Shown in pieces: positions 55,742 to 64,000 of a DNA stretch of 64,000 nt. The DNA is from Phenylobacterium sp. (GTDB lineage: Bacteria > Pseudomonadota > Alphaproteobacteria > Caulobacterales > Caulobacteraceae): assembly GCF_004297125.1 (NCBI RefSeq), contig NZ_SCVD01000011.1:1286-65285 (forward strand), given 5' to 3'. The position numbers were made by a program, and so were the translations under genes. Under the pieces are notes generated by a model. It was not told where the DNA came from. It did not search any database and saw only the letters and a program-made list of their open reading frames with translations. Within the stretch, counting starts at the first letter, position 1. Each line of letters starts with the position of its first letter.

Positions 55742-56778
55742 TTCGACCCGCCCGCCTTGGCCGGCGCCGCGGCCTGGGCCCGGTCGGCCTCGCGGCTGCC
55801 GCCCAGGATGCCCGGCATGGCGTAGTTGCCCTCGTGGCAGGCGTACTCGTAGACCTGACCCCCCAGCGCGGCAAACTCGTACTCGCCGCCCCACGGCTTG
55901 TCCCAGACGCTGGGCGCCTCGACGATGAACGCATAGCCCAGCCGGTCCTTGGCCACGCGGCGGAACCGCTCGGTCACCTTCAGGTCCTCCCAGGCGCCGA
56001 AGAACGCCTGCGTCTTCGGGAAGTTGGTGGTCTCGACCACCAGGGTGTCGCCCTCGTACCAGCCGACGGAATCTCCGAACCAAGGCCGCACCGACGCCGC
56101 CCGGTGCTCGCGCGAGCCCAGCCGCACCACGCGCGCGTCGTGGACCATCTCCACCACGATGACGACCGCGTCGGTCCCCTGAACGATGGAATAGTTGTTG
56201 TTGTAGAAGCCGTTGGACATCATCGGCGGCGGCCCGTTGCGCCCGAACGACGTCAGGCAGCGGTCGGCCAGGCTCATCTCTTCCGGATTGTCGTAGCGCC
56301 GCGCCGTCTGCTGGTCCTCGCCAAACAGGGCGGCCGCGCCGTACTGGTCGAGGTAGTAGGGCGAGCCTGAGAATGACCGCATCTCGGCGGCCGAGACCTT
56401 CGAGCTGGCGCGTGGGGCGGGGACTTGGCCGTCGGGCGTGGTGATCAGGCTGGTCCGCGGCTCGCCGCGCACCCGCATCACCCGCAGGCCGGGGTCCAGG
56501 AAGCCGCGGTTATAGCCGCCCACCGTGCCGTCGGAGACGGTCGGCGCGTTCGGATCGGTCCGCTGGTTGCCCTTGTCGATCTGGGCCTCGGCGTCGCGTT
56601 CGATCTTGGCGACCTCCTCGGCCGTCATCGCGAGGCGCGCGCCGTACTGCGCCGGCCGGGTCTGCGACGTCATGGTGGCGTTGGTCCAGTTGCCCTCAAG
56701 GTCGGGTCGCTTGCTCTGCGCGTGCGCCACCGAACCCAGCGCCAGCCCCAAGCCAAGCGCGATCAATGTCGTCTTCAT
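55738..56778 (-). CDS. Uncharacterised secreted protein (paralogue B)
   Basis: Signal peptide; PDLEGNWTNAT, FYNNNYSIVQ, GDSVGWYEGDTLVVETTN, YEYACHEGN. Confidence 0.85.
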   Translation of the reverse strand: MKTTLIALGLGLALGSVAHAQSKRPDLEGNWTNATMTSQTRPAQYGARLAMTAEEVAKIERDAEAQIDKGNQRTDPNAPTVSDGTVGGYNRGFLDPGLRVMRVRGEPRTSLITTPDGQVPAPRASSKVSAAEMRSFSGSPYYLDQYGAAALFGEDQQTARRYDNPEEMSLADRCLTSFGRNGPPPMMSNGFYNNNYSIVQGTDAVVIVVEMVHDARVVRLGSREHRAASVRPWFGDSVGWYEGDTLVVETTNFPKTQAFFGAWEDLKVTERFRRVAKDRLGYAFIVEAPSVWDKPWGGEYEFAALGGQVYEYACHEGNYAMPGILGGSREADRAQAAAPAKAGGSN

Positions 56779-56833
56779 GGCCTCGTCCTCCCGGCGACAG
56801 CATCGCGCCGGAAGGGGCGGGACGGCAAGCCTG

Positions 56834-57835
56834 CTAGGCCACCCGCACTCGGGCCGTGCTTTCCGGCAGATCGGTCCCGAAGGCGCGCTGGTAGAACTCG
56901 GCCACCGTGCCGCGCTCCAGCTCGTCGCACTTGTTCAAGAAGGTCATCCGGAATGCGAGGCCGATGTCGCCGCCGAAGATCTCGGCGTTCTGGGCCCAGG
57001 TGATCACCGTCCGCGGGCTCATGACAGTGGAGATGTCGCCGTTCATGAAGGCGTTCCGCGTCATGTCGGCCACGCGCACCATGGCGTTGATCGTCCGCTT
57101 GCCCTCGGCCGTCTGGTAGGACGGGCTCTTGGCCAGCACGATCTCGGCCTCAACGTCGTGGCTGAGGTAGTTCAACGTGGTGACGATCGACCAGCGGTCC
57201 ATCTGGCCTTGGTTGATCTGCTGGGTGCCGTGGTACAGCCCCGTCGTGTCGCCCAGGCCGATGGTGTTGGTGGTCGAGAACAGCCGGAACCAGGGGTTCG
57301 GGCGGATCACGCGGTTCTGGTCCAGCAGGGTCAGCTTGCCCTGCGCCTCCAGCACCCGCTGGATCACGAACATCACGTCCGGCCGGCCGGCGTCGTATTC
57401 GTCGAACACCAGGGCGATGGGCCGCTGGATCGCCCAGGGCAGCATGCCCTCGCGGAACTCGGTGACCTGCTTGCCGTCCTTCAGGACGATGGCGTCCTTG
57501 CCGACCAGGTCGATCCGGCTGACGTGGCTGTCCAGGTTCACCCGGATCAGCGGCCAGTTCAGGTGGGCGGCCACCTGCTCGATGTGGGTCGACTTGCCCG
57601 TGCCGTGATAGCCCTGGACCATCACCCGGCGGTCGAAGGCGAAGCCCGCGAGGATCGCCCGCGTGGTCTCCGGGTCGAACTTATAGGCCGGATCGATGTC
57701 CGGCACGTGGGGGTCGCGCTCGCTGAAGGCCGGGACCTTCATGTCGATGTCGATGCCGAAGGTCTCGCGCACGTCGACCTCCCGGTCCGGCGTGAGCGTG
57801 ATGAGCTTGTCTTCGTTGGTGTCGAAAGCGGCCAT
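56834..57835 (-). CDS. cobS: Cobaltochelatase subunit CobS (MoxR-type AAA+)
   Basis: [39 protein letters not shown]. Confidence 0.96.
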   Translation of the reverse strand: MAAFDTNEDKLITLTPDREVDVRETFGIDIDMKVPAFSERDPHVPDIDPAYKFDPETTRAILAGFAFDRRVMVQGYHGTGKSTHIEQVAAHLNWPLIRVNLDSHVSRIDLVGKDAIVLKDGKQVTEFREGMLPWAIQRPIALVFDEYDAGRPDVMFVIQRVLEAQGKLTLLDQNRVIRPNPWFRLFSTTNTIGLGDTTGLYHGTQQINQGQMDRWSIVTTLNYLSHDVEAEIVLAKSPSYQTAEGKRTINAMVRVADMTRNAFMNGDISTVMSPRTVITWAQNAEIFGGDIGLAFRMTFLNKCDELERGTVAEFYQRAFGTDLPESTARVRVA

Positions 57836-57909
57836 GGTTGGGTTCGATTACAGGCTTGCCGCCACGTACGCAAACAGGTGTTTTGTCCAAAGTTCGCGGA
57901 GGAACAGCG

Positions 57910-58782
57910 ATGCTGATGGAAGCGCAAAGCGCCTATCGCAGGATCAAGGTCCAGTCACAGGAAACTGGCTTCGGCGCCGAGGTCACCGGCGTGGACCTCT
58001 CGAGGCCTCTGGACGCGGCCGTGCTGGTCGAGGTGAAGGACGCCTGGGCGCGCCACGCGGTCCTGGCGTTCCCGGACCAGCCGCTGACCCTGGACCAGCT
58101 CGAGGCCTTCACCCTGCAGTTCGGCCCGTTCGGCGACGACCCCTACGTCGCCCCCATGCCGGGCCACCCCAATGTGTTGGAAGTCCGCCGCGAGCCGGAC
58201 GAGAAGGTCACGCCCTTCGGCGGCAATTGGCACTCCGACTGGAGCTTCCAGGCCCAGCCCCCGGCCGCCACCATCCTGCGCTCGGAGACTATCCCGCCGG
58301 TCGGCGGCGACACGCTCTACGCCGACGGGGCGCGGGCCTACGACGAGCTCTCCGACGAGATGAAGGCCCGGCTGGCGCCGCTGCGCGCCATCCATTCGGC
58401 CAGCCGCGCTTACGGGCCCAACAGCCTCTACGCCCGCGAGCTGCACCTGCGCGCCATGCCGATCATCGTCAGCCCGGACGCCGACAAGACCTTCATCCAC
58501 CCCCTGGTCCGCACCCATCCCGTGACGGGCCGGAAGGCGCTCTTCATCTCGCCGGTCTACACCGTGGGCATCGAAGGCATGGCGCCTGACGACGCCGATC
58601 CGCTGCTGGGCGAGCTCTACAAGCACATGACCCAGGACCGCTTCCTCTACCGCCACCACTGGCGCGAGGGCATGGTCGTGATCTGGGACAACCGCTGCAC
58701 CATGCACAATGCGCTGGGCGGCTACGACGGGCACCGCCGGGTGATGCATAGGACGACCGTGGCGGGCGAGACGCCGGTTTAG
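57910..58782 (+). CDS. TauD/TfdA-family Fe/2OG dioxygenase
   Basis: WHSDWS (HxD), GGDTLY, HPLVRTHP, WDNRCTMH. Confidence 0.93.
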   Translation: MLMEAQSAYRRIKVQSQETGFGAEVTGVDLSRPLDAAVLVEVKDAWARHAVLAFPDQPLTLDQLEAFTLQFGPFGDDPYVAPMPGHPNVLEVRREPDEKVTPFGGNWHSDWSFQAQPPAATILRSETIPPVGGDTLYADGARAYDELSDEMKARLAPLRAIHSASRAYGPNSLYARELHLRAMPIIVSPDADKTFIHPLVRTHPVTGRKALFISPVYTVGIEGMAPDDADPLLGELYKHMTQDRFLYRHHWREGMVVIWDNRCTMHNALGGYDGHRRVMHRTTVAGETPV

Positions 58783-60059
58783 TCCTCGTAGCGCGCCTTC
58801 AGCGTGAACAGGCCGATCAGGCTCAGGACGCCCGCCGCAACCAGGTAGAGGCCCACGGGCATCAGTCCGCCCCGGTCGGCCAGCGCCTGGGCCGCCACGG
58901 GCGCCAGACCGCCGCCGATGATGCCGCCCACGTTGAAGGCCATCGACGCTCCCGTGTAGCGGACGCGGGGCGGGAACAGGCTGGGCAGGAACGCGCCCAG
59001 CGGCCCGTAGACGAAGCCCATCATCAGCAGCGCCAGGGACAGCCAGGCCCAGATCAACAGCAATGTGCCCGCGCCCATCATCGCGCCCATGACCGCGCCC
59101 ACCGCCACCGTGCCCACGCAACCGGCCATCAGCACGCGGCGCGGGTTGCTGGCGTCCGAGGCGTAGCCGGCCAGCACGATGCCGAGCGCCAGGAACAGGA
59201 TGGCGCCGAGCTGCACCCCCAGGAACGCCTCGCGGCTGTAGCCGAGGGTCTTGGTCCCGTGGCCCAGGGCGAAGGCGGTAGAAATGTAGAAGAGCGCGAA
59301 GCAGGCCACGACGGCGAAGGTGCCGCCCAGCAGCGCCGGGAAGTGGCGCTTGGCGACCTCGGCCATCGGCACATGGCTGGGCTCGGCCTCCGCCAGCACC
59401 TTCTGGAACGCCGGGGTCTCGCCGATGCGCAGCCGGATCCATAGGCCCAGGCCCACCAGTATGGCGCTGGCCAGGAACGGCAGTCGCCAGCCCCACGCCA
59501 GGAAATCCTCCTGGGTCAGTAGCACGCCCAGCACCAGGAACAGGCCATTGGCGGCGATGAAGCCCACCGGCGCGCCCAACTGCGGGAACATCCCGAACCG
59601 CGCGCGCCAGCCCGGCGGGGCGTTCTCCACCGCCAGCAGGGCGGCCCCACCCCACTCGCCGCCCAGGCCGAAGCCCTGGCCAAACCGCAGCAGGCACAGG
59701 AGGAACGGCGCCACCCAGCCCACCAGGGCGTAGGTGGGCAGGAAGGCGATCAGCAACGTTGAGCCGCCCATCATCATCAGCGACGCCACCAGCGTGGACT
59801 TGCGCCCGATCCGGTCGCCGAAGTGGCCGAAGAACGCCGCCCCCACCGGCCGCGCGAAGAAGGCCACCGCGAAGGTCGCGTAGCTCTGCAGGAGCTGGGC
59901 CGAGTCCGACGACTTGGGGAAGAACAGGCTGGGGAACACCAGCGAGGCGGCGGTGGCGTAGATGTAGAAGTCGTAGAACTCGACCGCTGTCCCCACCAGG
60001 CTGGCCGCCAGGACGCGGCGGTTCGAGGCGCTGCCCGCGCCGGTGCTGATACCGTTCAT
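58779..60059 (-). CDS. MFS transporter, MHS (ShiA-like) family
   Basis: GTAVEFYDFYIY, GHFGDRIGRK, QGFGLGGEWGGA. Confidence 0.93.
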   Translation of the reverse strand: MNGISTGAGSASNRRVLAASLVGTAVEFYDFYIYATAASLVFPSLFFPKSSDSAQLLQSYATFAVAFFARPVGAAFFGHFGDRIGRKSTLVASLMMMGGSTLLIAFLPTYALVGWVAPFLLCLLRFGQGFGLGGEWGGAALLAVENAPPGWRARFGMFPQLGAPVGFIAANGLFLVLGVLLTQEDFLAWGWRLPFLASAILVGLGLWIRLRIGETPAFQKVLAEAEPSHVPMAEVAKRHFPALLGGTFAVVACFALFYISTAFALGHGTKTLGYSREAFLGVQLGAILFLALGIVLAGYASDASNPRRVLMAGCVGTVAVGAVMGAMMGAGTLLLIWAWLSLALLMMGFVYGPLGAFLPSLFPPRVRYTGASMAFNVGGIIGGGLAPVAAQALADRGGLMPVGLYLVAAGVLSLIGLFTLKARYED

Positions 60060-60136
60060 GCGGTCCCGCTTCGCGCCCGCAGCGCGCGCGGTCAAGCCGG
60101 ATGGCGTTTCTGGGCGTTTGCCACTACCTGCAGACC

Positions 60137-61279
60137 ATGACCGCGCAGATCGACCCCTTCTACGCCATCTCCGTCAGCGGCCTGGCCCACCGGCTGAAGG
60201 CCGAGGGTCGGTCGATTATCCACATGGAGTTCGGCCAGCCCTCGACGGGCGCGCCCAAGGCCGCCATCGCGGCGGCGCACAAGGTGCTGGACGCCGAGGC
60301 CATGGGCTACTGGGAGAGCGCGCCGCTCAAGGCCCGTATCTGCCGCCACTACGCCGAGACCTATGGCGCGACGGTGGAGCCGGCCCAGATCACGCTCACC
60401 TGCGGCGCCTCGCCGGCCCTGGTGCTGGCGCTGTCGGCCACCTTCAATCCGGGCGATGTGATCGCCATGGCGCGGCCGGGCTACGTCGCCTACCGCAACA
60501 ATGTGAAGGCGCTGCACATGGTCCCGCTGGAGATCCCGTGCGGGCCGGAGACGCGCTACCAGCTCACCGCCCAGACGCTGGCCGCCATCGAGCCGGCGCC
60601 GGCCGGCGTGATCCTGGCCAGCCCCGCCAACCCCACCGGCACGGTGATCCCCGGCGACGAACTCGCCGCCATCGCCGAGGTCTGCCGGGCCCGCGGCATC
60701 CGGATCGTCTCCGACGAGATCTACCACGGCCTCAGCTATGCCGAACCGACCCACTCGATGCTGGAGTACGAGCCGACCACCATCGTCGTGAACAGCTTCT
60801 CCAAGTACTTCAGCATGGCCGGTTGGCGGCTGGGCTGGCTGATCGTGCCCAGGGCCGAGGCCTCCCGCGCCGTGGCCTACATGGGCGCCCTGTTCCTGAC
60901 CGCGCCGTCGCTGGCCCAGCACGCGGCCCTGGTGGCCATGGATTGCCGCGACGAGCTGGAGGGCTACGTCGAAACCTACCGCCGCAACCGCGAACTGCTG
61001 CTTGAGGCGCTGCCTGCGCTCGGCCTGGAGAAGATCGCACCGCCCGACGGGGCCTTCTACATCTACGCCGACGTGGGCCGCCTGACCGACGATAGCCTGT
61101 CGTTCTGCAAGCAGCTCCTGCAGGACACCGGCGTCGCCACGGCCCCCGGCATCGACTTCGACCCCGTCGACGGGCGCCGCTTCATCCGCATGAGCTTCGC
61201 GGTCTCGACGCCCGAGATCGAGGAGGCGATCCGCCGCCTGATCCCCTGGTTCGAGCAGGCGCGGGCGAAGGCGGCCTAG
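60137..61279 (+). CDS. PLP-dependent aminotransferase class I/II
   Basis: [29 protein letters not shown]. Confidence 0.93.
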   Translation: MTAQIDPFYAISVSGLAHRLKAEGRSIIHMEFGQPSTGAPKAAIAAAHKVLDAEAMGYWESAPLKARICRHYAETYGATVEPAQITLTCGASPALVLALSATFNPGDVIAMARPGYVAYRNNVKALHMVPLEIPCGPETRYQLTAQTLAAIEPAPAGVILASPANPTGTVIPGDELAAIAEVCRARGIRIVSDEIYHGLSYAEPTHSMLEYEPTTIVVNSFSKYFSMAGWRLGWLIVPRAEASRAVAYMGALFLTAPSLAQHAALVAMDCRDELEGYVETYRRNRELLLEALPALGLEKIAPPDGAFYIYADVGRLTDDSLSFCKQLLQDTGVATAPGIDFDPVDGRRFIRMSFAVSTPEIEEAIRRLIPWFEQARAKAA

Positions 61280-62544
61280 GGCCGGCGGTAGACCGTCCCG
61301 TCCTTCATCACGAAGCGGACGTCCTTCAGGGCCGTGATGTCCTTGGTCGGGTCGCCGGCCACCGCGACCAGATCCGCGAGCTGGCCCGCCGTCACCTTGC
61401 CCAGCCGGTCGTCCAGCCTCAGCAGCCTGGCGTTCACCGCCGTCGCCGCGGTCAGGGCCTCGGTGGGCGTCATGCCGGCCTTCACCATCCAATCCAGCTC
61501 GCGCCAGCTCTGGCCATGGGTGAAGACGCCGACGTCGCTGCCAGCGCCCACCGTGACACCCAGCTTGAGGGCGAGCCGCACGGTCTCCGCCGAGCGGACC
61601 ATCGCGGGGGAGGGCGGACGGCCCGGCGTGTAGCGACCGCCATATTGCGAGGTCGCCGCCACGGCCTCCAGGGTCGGGATCAGCGCCGTCCCCTTGGCCC
61701 TCATCAGCTTCAGCGTCGCCTCCGACGCCTCGTAGCCGTGCTCGATGGTGTCGACGCCGGCGGCCACGGAGCGGCGGATGCCCTCGTCGCCGGCCGCGTG
61801 GGCCGCGACCGGCCGCCCCAGGTCGTGGGCCGTCGACACCAGCACCTCCAGCTCGCGCTGGGTGAAGGCGGGCTTCACCGAATTGTCCGGCCCGATCCGG
61901 TAGTCGGCGTAGACCTTGATCCAGTCGGCCCCAAGCGCGGCCTGCTCCCGCACCGCCGCCACGATCTCGGCCTCGCCTGAGACCTCCTGCGCGCCCTGCG
62001 GCAGCTCCATGTCGGTGCGGAAGCCCTTGCGCGGGCCGTAGGCGCCCCTGGCGACGATCGCGCGGGTGGTCACCAGCAGGCGTGGGCCGGCGATGGTCCC
62101 GTCGGCGATGGCCTTCTTCAGCGAGACGTCGGCGTCGCCCGCGCCCTCGGTGCCCAGCTCGCGCTCGGTGGTGACCCCGGACATCAGGGTGCGCGTCGCG
62201 TCGCGGCCGGCCCGCAAGATCCGGTAGAACGGCGCCTCCTTCAGGACCTGATCGTCCCATGAGGCCTCGTTGTAGGGATGCAGCAACAGGTGGGAGTGCA
62301 TCTCGATGAGGCCGGGGATCAGGGTGGTTCCGGGCAGGGGGACGACCTGCGCGCCGCCGGCCGCCACCTGCGCCTTGGGTCCCACGGCGACGATCTTCTG
62401 GCCGTCGACCCGCACGACCCAGCCGGCCTGCGGCGTCGCTTGTCCCGCCGTCCACACCGCGTCGGGCTGAAGCAGATAGGTCTCGGCTTGCGCCTGAGGG
62501 GCGGCGACGACGGTCGCCAGGAGCGCCAGTATGGTCTTCTGCAA
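61276..62544 (-). CDS. Secreted amidohydrolase (Xaa-Pro dipeptidase-like)
   Basis: Signal peptide; EMHSH, WIK, AAHA, IEHG, GSD. Confidence 0.9.
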   Translation of the reverse strand: MQKTILALLATVVAAPQAQAETYLLQPDAVWTAGQATPQAGWVVRVDGQKIVAVGPKAQVAAGGAQVVPLPGTTLIPGLIEMHSHLLLHPYNEASWDDQVLKEAPFYRILRAGRDATRTLMSGVTTERELGTEGAGDADVSLKKAIADGTIAGPRLLVTTRAIVARGAYGPRKGFRTDMELPQGAQEVSGEAEIVAAVREQAALGADWIKVYADYRIGPDNSVKPAFTQRELEVLVSTAHDLGRPVAAHAAGDEGIRRSVAAGVDTIEHGYEASEATLKLMRAKGTALIPTLEAVAATSQYGGRYTPGRPPSPAMVRSAETVRLALKLGVTVGAGSDVGVFTHGQSWRELDWMVKAGMTPTEALTAATAVNARLLRLDDRLGKVTAGQLADLVAVAGDPTKDITALKDVRFVMKDGTVYRRP

Positions 62545-62579
62545 AGCGATCGACTCTCAAGCAGGGGAGGAGTGGGGTC

Positions 62580-62936
62580 ATGGTGATCGAATCTGTCGCG
62601 GGCGTCTCCGTCTGCGTTTGCGCCGCGGACGGGCCGAAGCTCGATGGCGATCGGGCCGCCAGCGACCTGATCGGCGACGCCTTCGGGACCGGCGCACGGG
62701 TCGTGGCGATCCCGGTCGAGCGTCTGGGGCCGGGCTTCCTGACGCTCAGCACCCGCATCGCCGGCGAAGTGATCCAGAAGTTCGTGAACTACGGCTTCCA
62801 GGTCGCCTTCGTGGGCGACGTTTCGCAGGCCGTGGCGGCCAGCGACGCCCTGCGCGACTTCGTCCGCGAGTCCAACCGTGGCCGCCACGTCTGGTTCGTC
62901 GCCGATCTGGGGGAGCTGGCCACGAAGCTGGCTTGA
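62580..62936 (+). CDS. DUF4180 protein
   Basis: FLTLSTRIAGEVIQKFVNY, LRDFVRESNRG. Confidence 0.88.
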   Translation: MVIESVAGVSVCVCAADGPKLDGDRAASDLIGDAFGTGARVVAIPVERLGPGFLTLSTRIAGEVIQKFVNYGFQVAFVGDVSQAVAASDALRDFVRESNRGRHVWFVADLGELATKLA

Positions 62937-62988
62937 CCTCCCCAAGGTCGCCGGGGTTTCTCGCGGGCTGGGTCAGACGGAGAACCTC

Positions 62989-63984
62989 ATGCAGACGCGC
63001 AAGCTCGGTCAGTTCGAAGTCTCGGCCATCGGCCTGGGGTGCATGAGCCTCAGCCACGCCTATGGCTCGCCGCCGCCCCGGGAACAGGCCGAGGCGGTGC
63101 TGCTGGGGGCGCTGGACGCCGGCTACACCTTCTTCGACACCGCCGCGGTCTATGGCGTCGGCCACAACGAACGGCTGGTGGGAGAGGTGCTGGGTCCGCA
63201 TCGGGACAAGTTCGTGCTGGCCTCCAAGTGCGGCCTGACCAATGGCGAGCTGCGTGAACTGAACGGCAGTCCCGAGCGCCTGAAGAAGACCTGCGAGGAG
63301 AGCCTGCAGCGGCTGAACGTCGACGTCATCGACCTCTACTACCTGCACCGCTGGGACAAGCGCGTGCCGATCGAGGACAGCGTCGGCGCCCTGGCCGACC
63401 TGGTGAACGAGGGCAAGATCCGCAGCATCGGCCTGTCGGAGGTCTCGGCCCCGACGCTGCGCCGGGCGCACGCCGTCCACCCGATCACCGCGCTCCAGAC
63501 CGAATATTCGCCGTGGACCCGCAATCCGGAGATCGCGGTGCTGGACGCCTGCCGCGAGCTGGGCGTCGCGTTCGTGGCCTTCTCGCCGGTGGGACGCGGT
63601 TTCCTGGCCGGCGGCGCGCTGGATCCGTCGCAGTTCGAGGACCACGACATCCGCAAGGCGATGCCCCGCTTCCAGGGCGAGGCCTACCAGGCCAACCTGA
63701 GGCTGCTCGACGCCTTCAAGGCGATCGCCCGGGAAGCCGGCTGCACGCCTGCCCAGCTCTGCATGGCCTGGCTGCTGCAGAAGGACGACATCATCATCCC
63801 GATCCCGGGGACGGCGAAGCCCGACCACATGCGCGAGGACGCGGCGGCGGCGGACGTGACCCTGTCGGCCGAGGTCATGGCCAAGGTCGACGCCACCCTG
63901 AACGGCGACACCGTCACCGGCTCGCGCTATTCGCCGGCGCTGCAAGCCGCGGTCGACACCGAGAAGATGCCGTCCGAGGCCTAG
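62989..63984 (+). CDS. Aldo/keto reductase
   Basis: IGLGCM, DTAAVYG, IDLYYLHR, IGLSE, IPIPGT. Confidence 0.95.
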   Translation: MQTRKLGQFEVSAIGLGCMSLSHAYGSPPPREQAEAVLLGALDAGYTFFDTAAVYGVGHNERLVGEVLGPHRDKFVLASKCGLTNGELRELNGSPERLKKTCEESLQRLNVDVIDLYYLHRWDKRVPIEDSVGALADLVNEGKIRSIGLSEVSAPTLRRAHAVHPITALQTEYSPWTRNPEIAVLDACRELGVAFVAFSPVGRGFLAGGALDPSQFEDHDIRKAMPRFQGEAYQANLRLLDAFKAIAREAGCTPAQLCMAWLLQKDDIIIPIPGTAKPDHMREDAAAADVTLSAEVMAKVDATLNGDTVTGSRYSPALQAAVDTEKMPSEA

Positions 63985-64000
63985 CCGCGGGCGTCCTCGC

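Noticed and set aside
1-64000. CRISPR array, rRNA, tRNA, defence systems
   Set aside because: No regularly spaced repeats, RNA gene signatures or defence-gene motifs were seen.

Overview
High-GC alphaproteobacterial chromosomal DNA, most consistent with Caulobacteraceae (Phenylobacterium/Caulobacter-like). This is inferred from the carD-fdxA-S4-helicase block, the TonB receptors, a PEPxxWA protein and EcfG/sigma54-type promoters. Layout: (i) 1-7.5 kb, a decaying uptake region with an MFS fragment, an internally deleted pseudogene, two TonB-dependent receptors and a probable IS end. (ii) 7.7-24.7 kb, a sulfide-response island. It encodes persulfide dioxygenase, TauE, cydDC/cydABX, two 2-Cys ArsR (BigR/SqrR-like) regulators, an RND-MFP-TolC pump, rhodanese, type I SQR, a deleted thioredoxin, DUF2892 and a 1-Cys OsmC-like protein. 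It is organised as three divergent operon pairs, and each intergenic gap carries the same ATGC-N8-G(C/A)A(T/G) motif. (iii) 26-46 kb, mostly core genes, including a cobalamin riboswitch driving an unusual two-gene unit, a sigma54-promoter orphan gene, rpmB and cobT. (iv) 46.4-56.8 kb, a 10.4-kb accessory block separating cobT from cobS, with a PQQ dehydrogenase, an HWE kinase, a PEP-CTERM protein and two convergent paralogues of an uncharacterised secreted family. (v) 57-64 kb, metabolic genes. No rRNA, tRNA, CRISPR array or intact transposase/integrase was recognised. All family calls come from motif recognition by eye; no database search was run.
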